From IMG/VR virus record IMGVR_UViG_3300024252_000004, positions 62,001 through 126,000 of that record: a stretch of DNA of 64,000 bases. The stretch is one strand, 5' to 3'. The translations under genes and the position numbers were made by a program. Shown piece after piece: positions 28,875 to 37,461 of the stretch (its first letter is position 1; every line of letters starts with the position of its first letter). The notes under the pieces were generated by a model. It was not told the origin of the DNA. It saw only the letters and a program-made list of their open reading frames with translations, and ran no database searches.

Positions 28875-29534
28875 ATGGAAATTGAAAGAGTGCCAATTAG
28901 AGTTATCGGAGCAAGAGATCCAAGGGAAAAAAAGGCTATCAACACGACCTCATCCTGCAAAGGTATAGGGCGTAGCTTCAGTCCGTTTATTCTTGGGCCA
29001 GTGAGCCTATATCCTGGGGCAGTTGCAGCTCAGGCATTAAACGTGGAGAATGCTTGGCAGTTCTCTAAGGTGTATAAATGTCATACAGATGACAATGGAG
29101 ATCCAACAGATGAATATTTTGAGTGGGCTAAAAAGGGCTGGCGTGACACTCGCGCTCATCGTTACCCTATGGGAAAAGGAGCCATCCCAGAATACTCGTG
29201 GTGGAACGGAAAGAAGCTTGGATACATTGAGGCCAGAAAGCGGATATATTTCCCCCTATATGCCGCAGCGGTAATAAGAACAAAAGCTTTCAACCTTCTA
29301 AAGGAAGGCTACAATGCTGGAAGACAGATTACCTTATGGGATTATGATGGTTACAACCATCTTGCCCTGGATATGACACTGAAAGATGTTATTAATAATC
29401 CGAGTAGACCTATGGGGCACGCCTTTGTGTTGGCGGCCTTAATTCAAGATGAATTCAAGAGGGTCTCTGATGGACAAACGAATAGCGAGCCTGTACAAAG
29501 CATTGAAGAAGATAGGTTTCAAGAAAGAAGCTGA
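28875..29534 (+). CDS. DUF6939-like protein (possibly NADAR-related)
   Basis: INTTS, FSPFILGP, VENAWQFSKVY, YIEARKRIY, HAFVLA. Confidence 0.62.
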   Translation: MEIERVPIRVIGARDPREKKAINTTSSCKGIGRSFSPFILGPVSLYPGAVAAQALNVENAWQFSKVYKCHTDDNGDPTDEYFEWAKKGWRDTRAHRYPMGKGAIPEYSWWNGKKLGYIEARKRIYFPLYAAAVIRTKAFNLLKEGYNAGRQITLWDYDGYNHLALDMTLKDVINNPSRPMGHAFVLAALIQDEFKRVSDGQTNSEPVQSIEEDRFQERS

Positions 29535-30285
29535 GCAGATTTTAAAGCTTAGCGAAGAAGATGACATCTTCACGATCTCCCCTGAGATGAAAAGATTAAG
29601 GGATTCTGGTAGATATGAGATAACCCGAGAAGATGATGACGATATAGAATCTTATAGGGTTTCTCCATCAGGTGTCTCTGGTTGGCCTGAGCAGTTTCAA
29701 TACATGAGACATCCGGACTCAGGCGAGATGATCCCGAGGCGCTCTTTTCGATACAACTCTGATATGTCCGAGGTATACGAAGAGGAAGACGAATTTGGTA
29801 TAACTTCAAGGACAAGGCTTAAGGACGGTTGGATCGAGAAGCTGCCCGAAGAAGGACCATTAATGTATAGGGGCATGTCTTATGAGGAATGGATGTTCAT
29901 TCAGGAGACAGGCAGGATAGAATCTCTTGGCGATTATAACCTTGGCGATGAGCAGATAGGATTGACTTATTTTTCAACGGAGCCAGACTCAGCAGCTCAT
30001 TATGCTCATGGGTTTGCACCATCCGAATACAAGGCAACGCCGGATAAACCAGCCTACGTCATTGGTGTACCAAGGCAAGAAGGTGAGCCCGTCGCAGGAG
30101 TGGGTGAACATGAGGTTGGAGTTCGTGGCCCCGTAGATGCATCCTTAATTGAAGAGGTATGGATTGGTATGCCATATTTTGCTACCACCAATGGAAGGGT
30201 AGACGTAATTGACGATTATCGAGGAAGACGATCCGGTTCTCGTTATCTACCATCAGTAAGCGTAGCATGGAAGAGGGTCAAATAA
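29470..30285 (+). CDS. Putative R-S-E clade ADP-ribosyltransferase with conserved N-terminal leader
   Basis: Leader MDKRIASLYKALKKIGFKKEAEQI; LMYRGMS (R), TYFST (S), GEHEVGV (ExE); start moved to ATG 29470. Confidence 0.7.
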   Translation: MDKRIASLYKALKKIGFKKEAEQILKLSEEDDIFTISPEMKRLRDSGRYEITREDDDDIESYRVSPSGVSGWPEQFQYMRHPDSGEMIPRRSFRYNSDMSEVYEEEDEFGITSRTRLKDGWIEKLPEEGPLMYRGMSYEEWMFIQETGRIESLGDYNLGDEQIGLTYFSTEPDSAAHYAHGFAPSEYKATPDKPAYVIGVPRQEGEPVAGVGEHEVGVRGPVDASLIEEVWIGMPYFATTNGRVDVIDDYRGRRSGSRYLPSVSVAWKRVK

Positions 30286-30303
30286 CCTGATAATGGAAGG
30301 CAG

Positions 30304-31260
30304 ATGGAAGTTACATTTTTGACATTTAATTACGGCACAGCGGGACGATACGTAAACGGTCCCGGCATGTGTTTACATAATTTAGTAACCTACCTTAGAG
30401 ACTCAGCTTACACAGTTAATGTCTTTTCTGTTTTAGACTCTCCTTACGAAGGAGTTGCAGGGGTATCATCTATAAATAGAGTTAAGAAAGCAATTGATAG
30501 GTCAGACATCGTCCATCATTGGAGCGGACTCAATAAGAGTTTTTCATCTCTTTGTGCATACGCAAAGAAAAAGAATAAAGCGGTGCTTATCGGCCCCAAC
30601 CTTATAGACACTGTTGATTTTAAAAATGAGCAAGAGTACTTATCCAGAACCAAATATGATAAAATCTTGGTACCTAATTATAGACTGAAATACAAAGTTG
30701 CAAAAGAGCATGGCATCCCTTTGAATAAAATAGAAAAGTTCGTTGTGGGTCCAGATGCTGAATTATGGAAACCAGTTCTGGATGAAGAAAGGGAAGAATT
30801 CATACTATGGAAAGGTAACGGAAAGCAGTATGTTAAAGATGTGAAGTTCGGAATTGAGATAGCTAAAAGGTTAAAGGGAAAATATAAGTTTGAGTTTATG
30901 GGGCATCCAAAGCCTTATGTTTATGAGGCTCACATTGAAAAGGCCAAAAAAGCTAAGCTCTTCATATGCACTTCACTAAGTGAAACGATGGGTCTTGCTC
31001 TGTGGGAACAACATATGGCTGGAGTCCCATCTGTTGTTCATCCAAAGATATATATGCCTGGAATCAATTATACAACAGGCATCATAACTAATAGAACCAT
31101 TGAGGACTATGTGCAGGCTATTGATGAGATTATGTCAGATGATGTTCTGCATAAAAAGTTATCTTATGGAGCAAGTCGGCTCGCACACAAGGCATTCTCC
31201 GATGTGGAAATTGTACAGGAATATAACATAATTATGTATGGAGTTATAAATGCAAGTTAG
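30304..31260 (+). CDS. GT-B glycosyltransferase (GT4-like)
   Basis: FICTSLSETMGLALWEQHMAGVPSV motif. Confidence 0.68.
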   Translation: MEVTFLTFNYGTAGRYVNGPGMCLHNLVTYLRDSAYTVNVFSVLDSPYEGVAGVSSINRVKKAIDRSDIVHHWSGLNKSFSSLCAYAKKKNKAVLIGPNLIDTVDFKNEQEYLSRTKYDKILVPNYRLKYKVAKEHGIPLNKIEKFVVGPDAELWKPVLDEEREEFILWKGNGKQYVKDVKFGIEIAKRLKGKYKFEFMGHPKPYVYEAHIEKAKKAKLFICTSLSETMGLALWEQHMAGVPSVVHPKIYMPGINYTTGIITNRTIEDYVQAIDEIMSDDVLHKKLSYGASRLAHKAFSDVEIVQEYNIIMYGVINAS

Positions 31261-31912
31261 CGTAATCATTCCATTTAAAGATCCGAGTCCTAATCAGCTT
31301 CATAAAGCAATTCGTTCAGTAAGAAGCCAAACTCTTAAGGCTCATGAGATTATTCTGATTGACGATGGCTCAACGAAGATCGACTATACTTTTGGTAGAG
31401 ATATGAAACTGGTCAAGCTTGATGAGAATATGGGCCCTTCTGCTGCGAGAAATGCTGGAATAAAAAAATCTACAGGGCAGCTAATTAGCTTTCTTGACGC
31501 CGATGACTTTTGGCTGCCCAAGAAGCTTGAGCTTTCCGTCAAAGAATTCGAAAAGAGTCCCGACATTGGAATGACCTGTGGCAACTACAGATGGATGATA
31601 AATAACAAATTGTCCGGTCGTTTGTTCTATCGGACCGCACCAAGGATCACCTTTGAGACTTTAAAGAAGATTAACTATGTCGCCTCAGGTTCGGTAACTG
31701 TACGCAGAGATGTGCTTGATGACGTAGGAATGTTTAATGAGAAGTATTGGGTAGGGGAGGACTACGAACTGTGGTTAAGAATTGCAAGAAAATATCCTGT
31801 CAAATTCATCAACAAAGAACTCTATACCTACAGGAGAAATGACGGAGCAGAATCTCTATCTGTGAGAAAAGATATAGGCGACAAGGTTTTCAACATAAAG
31901 GATTTTAAATGA
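31250..31912 (+). CDS. GT2 glycosyltransferase
   Basis: VSVIIP, IDDGS, GPSAARN, FLDADD, EDYELWLR. Confidence 0.9.
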   Translation: MQVSVIIPFKDPSPNQLHKAIRSVRSQTLKAHEIILIDDGSTKIDYTFGRDMKLVKLDENMGPSAARNAGIKKSTGQLISFLDADDFWLPKKLELSVKEFEKSPDIGMTCGNYRWMINNKLSGRLFYRTAPRITFETLKKINYVASGSVTVRRDVLDDVGMFNEKYWVGEDYELWLRIARKYPVKFINKELYTYRRNDGAESLSVRKDIGDKVFNIKDFK

Positions 31913-32907
31913 GACGATACCTTATCAAGACCTACTGCTACGAATCCGGACTTTTCTATTTGTCTAAAAATCTTGGAGATAAGCTACTGTCCGAAGGGCA
32001 CGTTGTAGTCTACGCTCCTAAGGCTAAGTATATTTTGGATGGAAGAGTCTATAGGAGAGTTTATCCCAGCCAGAAGAACCCAGATGAGTTTAAGCGCGAT
32101 ATCATCCTGCCATTCACGGCAAAGCGTCCTGTTAGCTACCTGATGCACAACGCAATCATTAAATATAAGATTGATACAGTCATTTCTTTTGAGACTCTTA
32201 TGGAGAAAGGGCAATGGGTGGCAAAGATTAAAGCACGAGACAAGGTTAAGATGATTGATGTTCCGATGGTTGAATGGGTAACTCCTTCATATGTCAAGAA
32301 CGGGTCTTACGATGTGTTCGATGAGATTTGGTGCCTAACTGATTTAACTAAGCAGGTATTTGACATGCCCAAAGCCAAACGGGTAAACTTTGACCTTGTA
32401 GACCGGAGCATTTTTTATCCGCCGGAATCCAAGCAGAACGATATAGTCACATTCTATCATGCAGGAAGTCTGAATCCAGACCATAGCACAAAGAATACGG
32501 ACTTGGTTGTGGCTGCTTTTAACAGGTTTCTTAGGGTAAATAATCCCAAGGCAAAGCTTATATTCACTGGCTCAACAGAGCGTATTGCTATTGATAACCA
32601 TACTAATATTTTACATATAGATAGGGTACTTAATAGGAACGAAATCGGTAAAATATATAGAGAAGCTGATGTCGTATTGGCACCTTCTCAAAAGGAGGGG
32701 CTGGGTTTGAGTTTATATGAGGCCCAAGCTTGCGGTTGCAAAATCATTACCACAGATGCTGCACCGATGAACGAAGTTGAAGCAGACTACCTATGCAGAG
32801 TAGATAAGCTAAAAAGGGACAGGGGATTTATCCCATTGGCCTTTGTTAACGAAGACGAAATATATAATCAAATCAAACAAGCGTATGAGGATATCATCAA
32901 TGGCTAA
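31909..32907 (+). CDS. GT4-like glycosyltransferase
   Basis: APSQKEGLGLSLYEAQACGCKIITTD. Confidence 0.78.
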   Translation: MRRYLIKTYCYESGLFYLSKNLGDKLLSEGHVVVYAPKAKYILDGRVYRRVYPSQKNPDEFKRDIILPFTAKRPVSYLMHNAIIKYKIDTVISFETLMEKGQWVAKIKARDKVKMIDVPMVEWVTPSYVKNGSYDVFDEIWCLTDLTKQVFDMPKAKRVNFDLVDRSIFYPPESKQNDIVTFYHAGSLNPDHSTKNTDLVVAAFNRFLRVNNPKAKLIFTGSTERIAIDNHTNILHIDRVLNRNEIGKIYREADVVLAPSQKEGLGLSLYEAQACGCKIITTDAAPMNEVEADYLCRVDKLKRDRGFIPLAFVNEDEIYNQIKQAYEDIING

Positions 32908-34342
32908 ATACAAAGTAAGCGTAAGTGAAAAAGACGCAGCAGTAAAACCAAAGTCCGAACAAGATGTCGCAAATGAAAACGCAGCACTTATGGACGCATT
33001 CGAAACACCGGCCGAAACACCGGCCGAAACACCGGCTGAGGTGGCACCAGAGCCGGAGCGTAAGCTCGATCCGGACATTCTGGCGAGGCTTAAGGCGAAG
33101 AAAACAAAAGTAAAAAAGGAGGAACCTGTGCCTGAATTAGTTGAAGAGCAAGAGGTTAGCATTAATATTGGAGTTGTAGGAGTTGGACAGGCTGGTTCCC
33201 GTCTTGCTGAGCAGTTTCACAAGTTAGGGTATGACGTAGGCGTCATCAATACATCCGCACAGGATCTTAGGTTCGTTGACGTGCTTCCAACCCAGAAGCT
33301 ATTGCTTGAGGGAAGCCTTGGTGGTACAGGTAAGGACCTCGATCTCGGCCGAGAAATCTTCTCTGATAACACAGAGGTATGTGCTCAGTTCATTGATAGG
33401 ATTGCAGAAGGAAATGACATGCTTTTCCTTGCAATGTCTGGTGGAGGAGGTACTGGCTCAAGCTCCGTTGATACAATGGTTGAGCTTTGCTATTCGACCG
33501 GCATGCCTCTTGGGCTTATCTTCGTGCTTCCAAAAGCGACTGAAGATGCTCAGTCTAAGAAGAACTCCATTGAGACTCTTGCAAAGCTTGCAAGAATGAC
33601 AGCAGACGATAAGGTGTCTTGTTTGGTCGTAGCAGATAACGCACGTATCGAGCAGATCTATGGCGGGCTTGGTCAGTCTCAGTTCTGGAGCACGGCTAAC
33701 AACGCAATCGTTGAGCCTATCCACTTGTTCAACAGCCTTACTTCTCAGGCATCCAAGTACACCTCTATGGACCCGTCCGACTTTGGTAAGGTAATTTCTT
33801 GCGGTGACTGCTCGGTGTATGGAATGGTTGAAGTTGAAGATTACATGGATGAGGTTGGCATTGCAGAAGCAATGATGGACTCTCTTAATAGCAACATGCT
33901 CGCAGAAGGATTCGATCTTGCACAGACCAGAACCGGTGGCGTTATCATCGTAGGTTCTGAGGAAGCATTAGAGAACCTTCCGGCAATCAACATTGATTAT
34001 GCGTTCCACGTTATCTCTGAGCAGACTGAGGATGCCAACATCTATCGAGGCGTTTATGCGCAGGAGGGTGTTGAGAATGTAAGGGTATATACTTGGTTTG
34101 CAGGACTTGGTCTTCCTCAGGATAGAATCGAGAATCTTAAGAAGGAAAGCAAGGACGCGACTGCTGCTGCGGCAGCTAAGGAAGGAAAGAGAGCTTCCGC
34201 AATGACTCTTGACCTTGAAGAGAACAAGGTATCTTCCGTTAAGGATGAGATTCACAGAAAGATTCGAGGCAAGAAGTCTGGCTTTGGTAAGCTACAAGGT
34301 GGCACAAGGCGTTCTTTGATTGACCGAAGAAGAAAGAGATAA
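32900..34342 (+). CDS. Tubulin/FtsZ-family GTPase (phage TubZ/PhuZ-like)
   Basis: VGVGQAGSRLA, INTS..D, GGTGKD, SGGGGTGSS tubulin signature, DPSDF; start moved to ATG 32900 behind GAGG. Confidence 0.9.
   Translation: MAKYKVSVSEKDAAVKPKSEQDVANENAALMDAFETPAETPAETPAEVAPEPERKLDPDILARLKAKKTKVKKEEPVPELVEEQEVSINIGVVGVGQAGSRLAEQFHKLGYDVGVINTSAQDLRFVDVLPTQKLLLEGSLGGTGKDLDLGREIFSDNTEVCAQFIDRIAEGNDMLFLAMSGGGGTGSSSVDTMVELCYSTGMPLGLIFVLPKATEDAQSKKNSIETLAKLARMTADDKVSCLVVADNARIEQIYGGLGQSQFWSTANNAIVEPIHLFNSLTSQASKYTSMDPSDFGKVISCGDCSVYGMVEVEDYMDEVGIAEAMMDSLNSNMLAEGFDLAQTRTGGVIIVGSEEALENLPAINIDYAFHVISEQTEDANIYRGVYAQEGVENVRVYTWFAGLGLPQDRIENLKKESKDATAAAAAKEGKRASAMTLDLEENKVSSVKDEIHRKIRGKKSGFGKLQGGTRRSLIDRRRKR
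33002..33037 (+). repeat. 12-bp tandem repeat x3 (GAAACACCGGCC, encodes ETPA) in the tubulin N-terminal extension
   Basis: Read directly; third copy ends GCT. Confidence 0.85.
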
Positions 34343-34352
34343 TCTTCAAATG

Positions 34353-34378
34353 AAAAGGCCCCTTTCGGGGCCTTTTTT
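34353..34378. terminator. Bidirectional intrinsic terminator between convergent genes
   Basis: AAAA-GGCCCC-TTTC-GGGGCC-TTTTTT. Confidence 0.85.
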
Positions 34379-34379
34379 G

Positions 34380-34847
34380 TTACTTGAGTTTTGATTTTGC
34401 CGCAAGTATAAGTGCTTTGGTTTGTTCTTCTTCAGGGTCTCCACCGATAGCCAAAAGAAGCAGCTCTAAACTTTCTTTATTTGCAAGTCCTTTGCCGATA
34501 ATTGCACATGAAAGGCGAGTTGTTGCATCAATTTTTGCACCAGCAAAATTTACGTTTTCCAAATTGCAGCACCTAAGGTCTGCACCTCTTAAATCTGTTT
34601 TTCTAAAATCTGAATTACTCAGATCACACTTTTTCAATCCGGCCATTCTGAGGTCAGCATTCGAAAAGTCAGAATCAGATAAATCTTTTTCAAGAAGGTT
34701 TATTTTCTTGGGAGCACTCAGGCACCATTTTTTAAAAACAATAGAGTCCTTTGCTATGGGATTCTGAGGATCGACGGGGTCCGGTGGCCTTCCGGCGCCA
34801 AGAAGAGCTTTTTTATGATCTTTGATTAATTTTTCTATATTCATCAT
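34380..34847 (-). CDS. Pentapeptide-repeat protein
   Basis: DLSDS DFSNA DLRMA GLKKC DLSNS DFRKT DLRGA DLRCC NLENV NFAGA. Confidence 0.85.
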   Translation of the reverse strand: MMNIEKLIKDHKKALLGAGRPPDPVDPQNPIAKDSIVFKKWCLSAPKKINLLEKDLSDSDFSNADLRMAGLKKCDLSNSDFRKTDLRGADLRCCNLENVNFAGAKIDATTRLSCAIIGKGLANKESLELLLLAIGGDPEEEQTKALILAAKSKLK

Positions 34848-34853
34848 CTATCC

Positions 34854-36806
34854 TTATGCTGGTGCTGCGGTAGTCCGCGCCCTAATGTTTTGCAAAGCAC
34901 CTGAGGATCCGGCAGGTAGAGTTTCCGCCGCCCAGGTAATACCATCTGTAGAGGCAATGCATTCAGTATTTGTACCTACTGCTACAAATTCACCAGCTCC
35001 AGCATCCCACTGAACTTGGTTTAGAGTTTCTGATGTTCCTGAAGTTCGTGAGGTCCACGCTACACTGGTCGGATCGGTAGTGGTGTAAATGACTCCACTA
35101 ACACCAACTGCGACCCATAAACTCCCGTCAGGCTTGCACGCTACACCATAGAAATTGGTAGAAGCATAAGCGACAGTTGTATCCCAGGTAGTGCCCTCAT
35201 TAGATGAGAAACCCATGACTCCCCAGGTTGAAGACGAACCAACGCAAACCAGCGTAGTGCCATCCGTACACATCTTTCGTGGGAAACCCTGCGTCCATCC
35301 CCCCAGGACACGTTCGGTCCAAGTTCCGCTTGGGGCACCATCACAAGTAGACAAATGTGGCTGTCCGTTACCGCTGTTCCAGTGCCATCCGCAAACAACT
35401 ATCCGGCCACTTGCAAAAGAGATATAATCATCTGGTATTGAATAGTTGTTACCACTCCAATCCCCACCGCTGTTGAATCGCATAGTAGAGAAGCTGCTGA
35501 AGTTGCCATCAGTTAGTACGTCAGCAATAGCTTTGTAAGTGCCTCTGCCGTTGTTGTGGCCAAACAACACATATCCATTTACATCATCAACATAAGTGGT
35601 TTGTGCAGCGTAACTGGTGCCGCCAATGTTTGTATTGCCGTTCCACGTCGGAGTCACAATATCCGTTGACTGGAGCGTGTCTGCATTAGTAGTCTGATCA
35701 AATCTGCACAACATTACCAAGAAATTGTCTGTGTCCTCACTGATATCAATATCCAGAAGGTTTTGCCCACTCCAAACAAGATCCACTTCCCATGAACCAC
35801 CAGCGTGACGATAGTAAACGTATCCATCATCGCTGACAATCATGAGCAGCGTGCTCGTGTCAGGAGTAATTACAACCTGAACTGTGCTCGTTGTATATCC
35901 TAATCCGCCTTCGTTATCAACAGATAGAGTGAACTCGTACTCTCCTCCAGCGCCAGAACCACCACCTGCGCTGAGATTTGTAGCTGCGGCTATCGAAACA
36001 GTTCCATCTGATCCTCCGCTTAGGGAGAAGCTTGCGGCATCTGAACCTCCAAGTGTCGCTCCACTTGAGTCTGTAGGGCCTCTAAAGTCTATTGAGCCAG
36101 CACCCCATCCGCTTGTTGCATTAGACACATTCGTAGTATTTATTGACTGCGTGTCATCATCGGGATCCAAAGCTCCTCCGCCACTTGCTGCTGCAATGCT
36201 AACAGTGTGAACGGATACAGATAATACTTCATTTCCGGTATTCCTTGCTTGCAGTACTAAGGCGAATGAATCGCCATCAGCATGTCCGCTGAAAGTATAA
36301 GCTCCTAATCCGGAGCCACCAGCAATTGCCGTTGAACCCACAAGGTTTAATATTATCGCGTTATAATTATCTATTCTGTTATCTGAGTCTGTAAATGCAG
36401 AGAATGTCTTTGAGGATGGTGAGCCTCCAGAGCTAACATCTTCATTCGTTGGAGCAGCAGAGCTTACAATTGCATCAGCAGGATCAACGCTAACAGTATG
36501 CGCAGCAGATGCCAAAACCTCATTCGAAGAGTTCCTTGCTTGTAAGAATAATACAAACGAGTCACCGTCAGAATAGCTACTGAAGCTATAAGGGCCTAGC
36601 CCTGAACCTGATACTCCAGAGGAGCCTACCAGATTTGAAATTACAGCATTATAGTTGTCAATTAGACTGTCGGTATCTGTGAAAGCAGAGAATGTTTTTC
36701 CGCTTGGAGTACCGCCTGTGGATACATCCTCATTCGTTGGGGATGGCGCGACAACAACAGCGCCACCTCCACCACCTGTTGAAGAGATTCCTCTTAGTTT
36801 AGCCAT
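34854..36806 (-). CDS. Putative virion fibre/adhesin: two ~96-aa repeats, cadherin-like segment, C-terminal beta-propeller-like region
   Basis: PTNEDVS...DNYNA...LQARN...HTVS twice; G/S/T-rich; repeated W-T/S motifs (TWTER, TTWDT, AWTSR, ITWAA). Confidence 0.65.
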   Translation of the reverse strand: MAKLRGISSTGGGGGAVVVAPSPTNEDVSTGGTPSGKTFSAFTDTDSLIDNYNAVISNLVGSSGVSGSGLGPYSFSSYSDGDSFVLFLQARNSSNEVLASAAHTVSVDPADAIVSSAAPTNEDVSSGGSPSSKTFSAFTDSDNRIDNYNAIILNLVGSTAIAGGSGLGAYTFSGHADGDSFALVLQARNTGNEVLSVSVHTVSIAAASGGGALDPDDDTQSINTTNVSNATSGWGAGSIDFRGPTDSSGATLGGSDAASFSLSGGSDGTVSIAAATNLSAGGGSGAGGEYEFTLSVDNEGGLGYTTSTVQVVITPDTSTLLMIVSDDGYVYYRHAGGSWEVDLVWSGQNLLDIDISEDTDNFLVMLCRFDQTTNADTLQSTDIVTPTWNGNTNIGGTSYAAQTTYVDDVNGYVLFGHNNGRGTYKAIADVLTDGNFSSFSTMRFNSGGDWSGNNYSIPDDYISFASGRIVVCGWHWNSGNGQPHLSTCDGAPSGTWTERVLGGWTQGFPRKMCTDGTTLVCVGSSSTWGVMGFSSNEGTTWDTTVAYASTNFYGVACKPDGSLWVAVGVSGVIYTTTDPTSVAWTSRTSGTSETLNQVQWDAGAGEFVAVGTNTECIASTDGITWAAETLPAGSSGALQNIRARTTAAPA

Positions 36807-36836
36807 AACATTACTCCTTTACAAATATAATAGAAG

Positions 36837-36844
36837 TAATAGTA
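36837..36844 (-). promoter_or_regulatory. Candidate phage promoter motif TACTATTA (minus strand)
   Basis: 30 nt upstream of start 36806. Confidence 0.4.
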
Positions 36845-36915
36845 AGTTTGAAGTTGCGAGCTAATTTGATTTTTGCGTATGAATTTAGTAGGCGATAGAA
36901 AATTCTTCGGCAAAT

Positions 36916-37422
36916 ATGGAGGTTGGTAAAATGATTTGGGTAATGATTCAAGTAGTGATAGCGTGGTATTATGGACACTTTGCAGAATGGGCACTTCACC
37001 AATTTTTACACGAACATGGAACCAAAAAAAAGAGCTTATTTTCTTTTCATTTCAGAGAGCATCATGCTATCTGTCGAAGAAACGAAAACGCAGACCCAGG
37101 ATATAAGTCTTGTAAGAATACTGTTAGATGGAACAGGATAGGAAAAGAGGTTACCGCTTTACTTCTTCTTGTGGTAGTTCATGCTCCGCTTCTGGCATTT
37201 GCCCCGTGGTTTGTTCTTACTGTTTGGGCTTCAGCTCTACATTATTACTACATTCACAGAAAAAGTCATGTTGATGTCGAATGGGGCAAAAAGCATTTGC
37301 CATGGCACCACGATCATCACATGGGAAAGAATCAGCATTTGAACTGGGGAGTTAGGTCAGATATGTTTGATAGACTCTTCGGAACAAGAAAAAAGTATCT
37401 GGAAGAAGAATCTAACGAGTAA
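36916..37422 (+). CDS. Fatty acid hydroxylase/sterol desaturase superfamily membrane protein
   Basis: His boxes EWALHQFLH, HFREHH, YIHRKSH, WHHDHH, NWGV; hydrophobic segments. Confidence 0.8.
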   Translation: MEVGKMIWVMIQVVIAWYYGHFAEWALHQFLHEHGTKKKSLFSFHFREHHAICRRNENADPGYKSCKNTVRWNRIGKEVTALLLLVVVHAPLLAFAPWFVLTVWASALHYYYIHRKSHVDVEWGKKHLPWHHDHHMGKNQHLNWGVRSDMFDRLFGTRKKYLEEESNE

Positions 37423-37461
37423 TGCTAATTTCGTATAATAAACTGAAAGGTACGGTTTATT

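Noticed and set aside
36794-37002. Two short minus-strand ORFs (one starting MVKCPFC)
   Set aside because: They overlap the His-box gene and the divergent promoter region; no supporting evidence.
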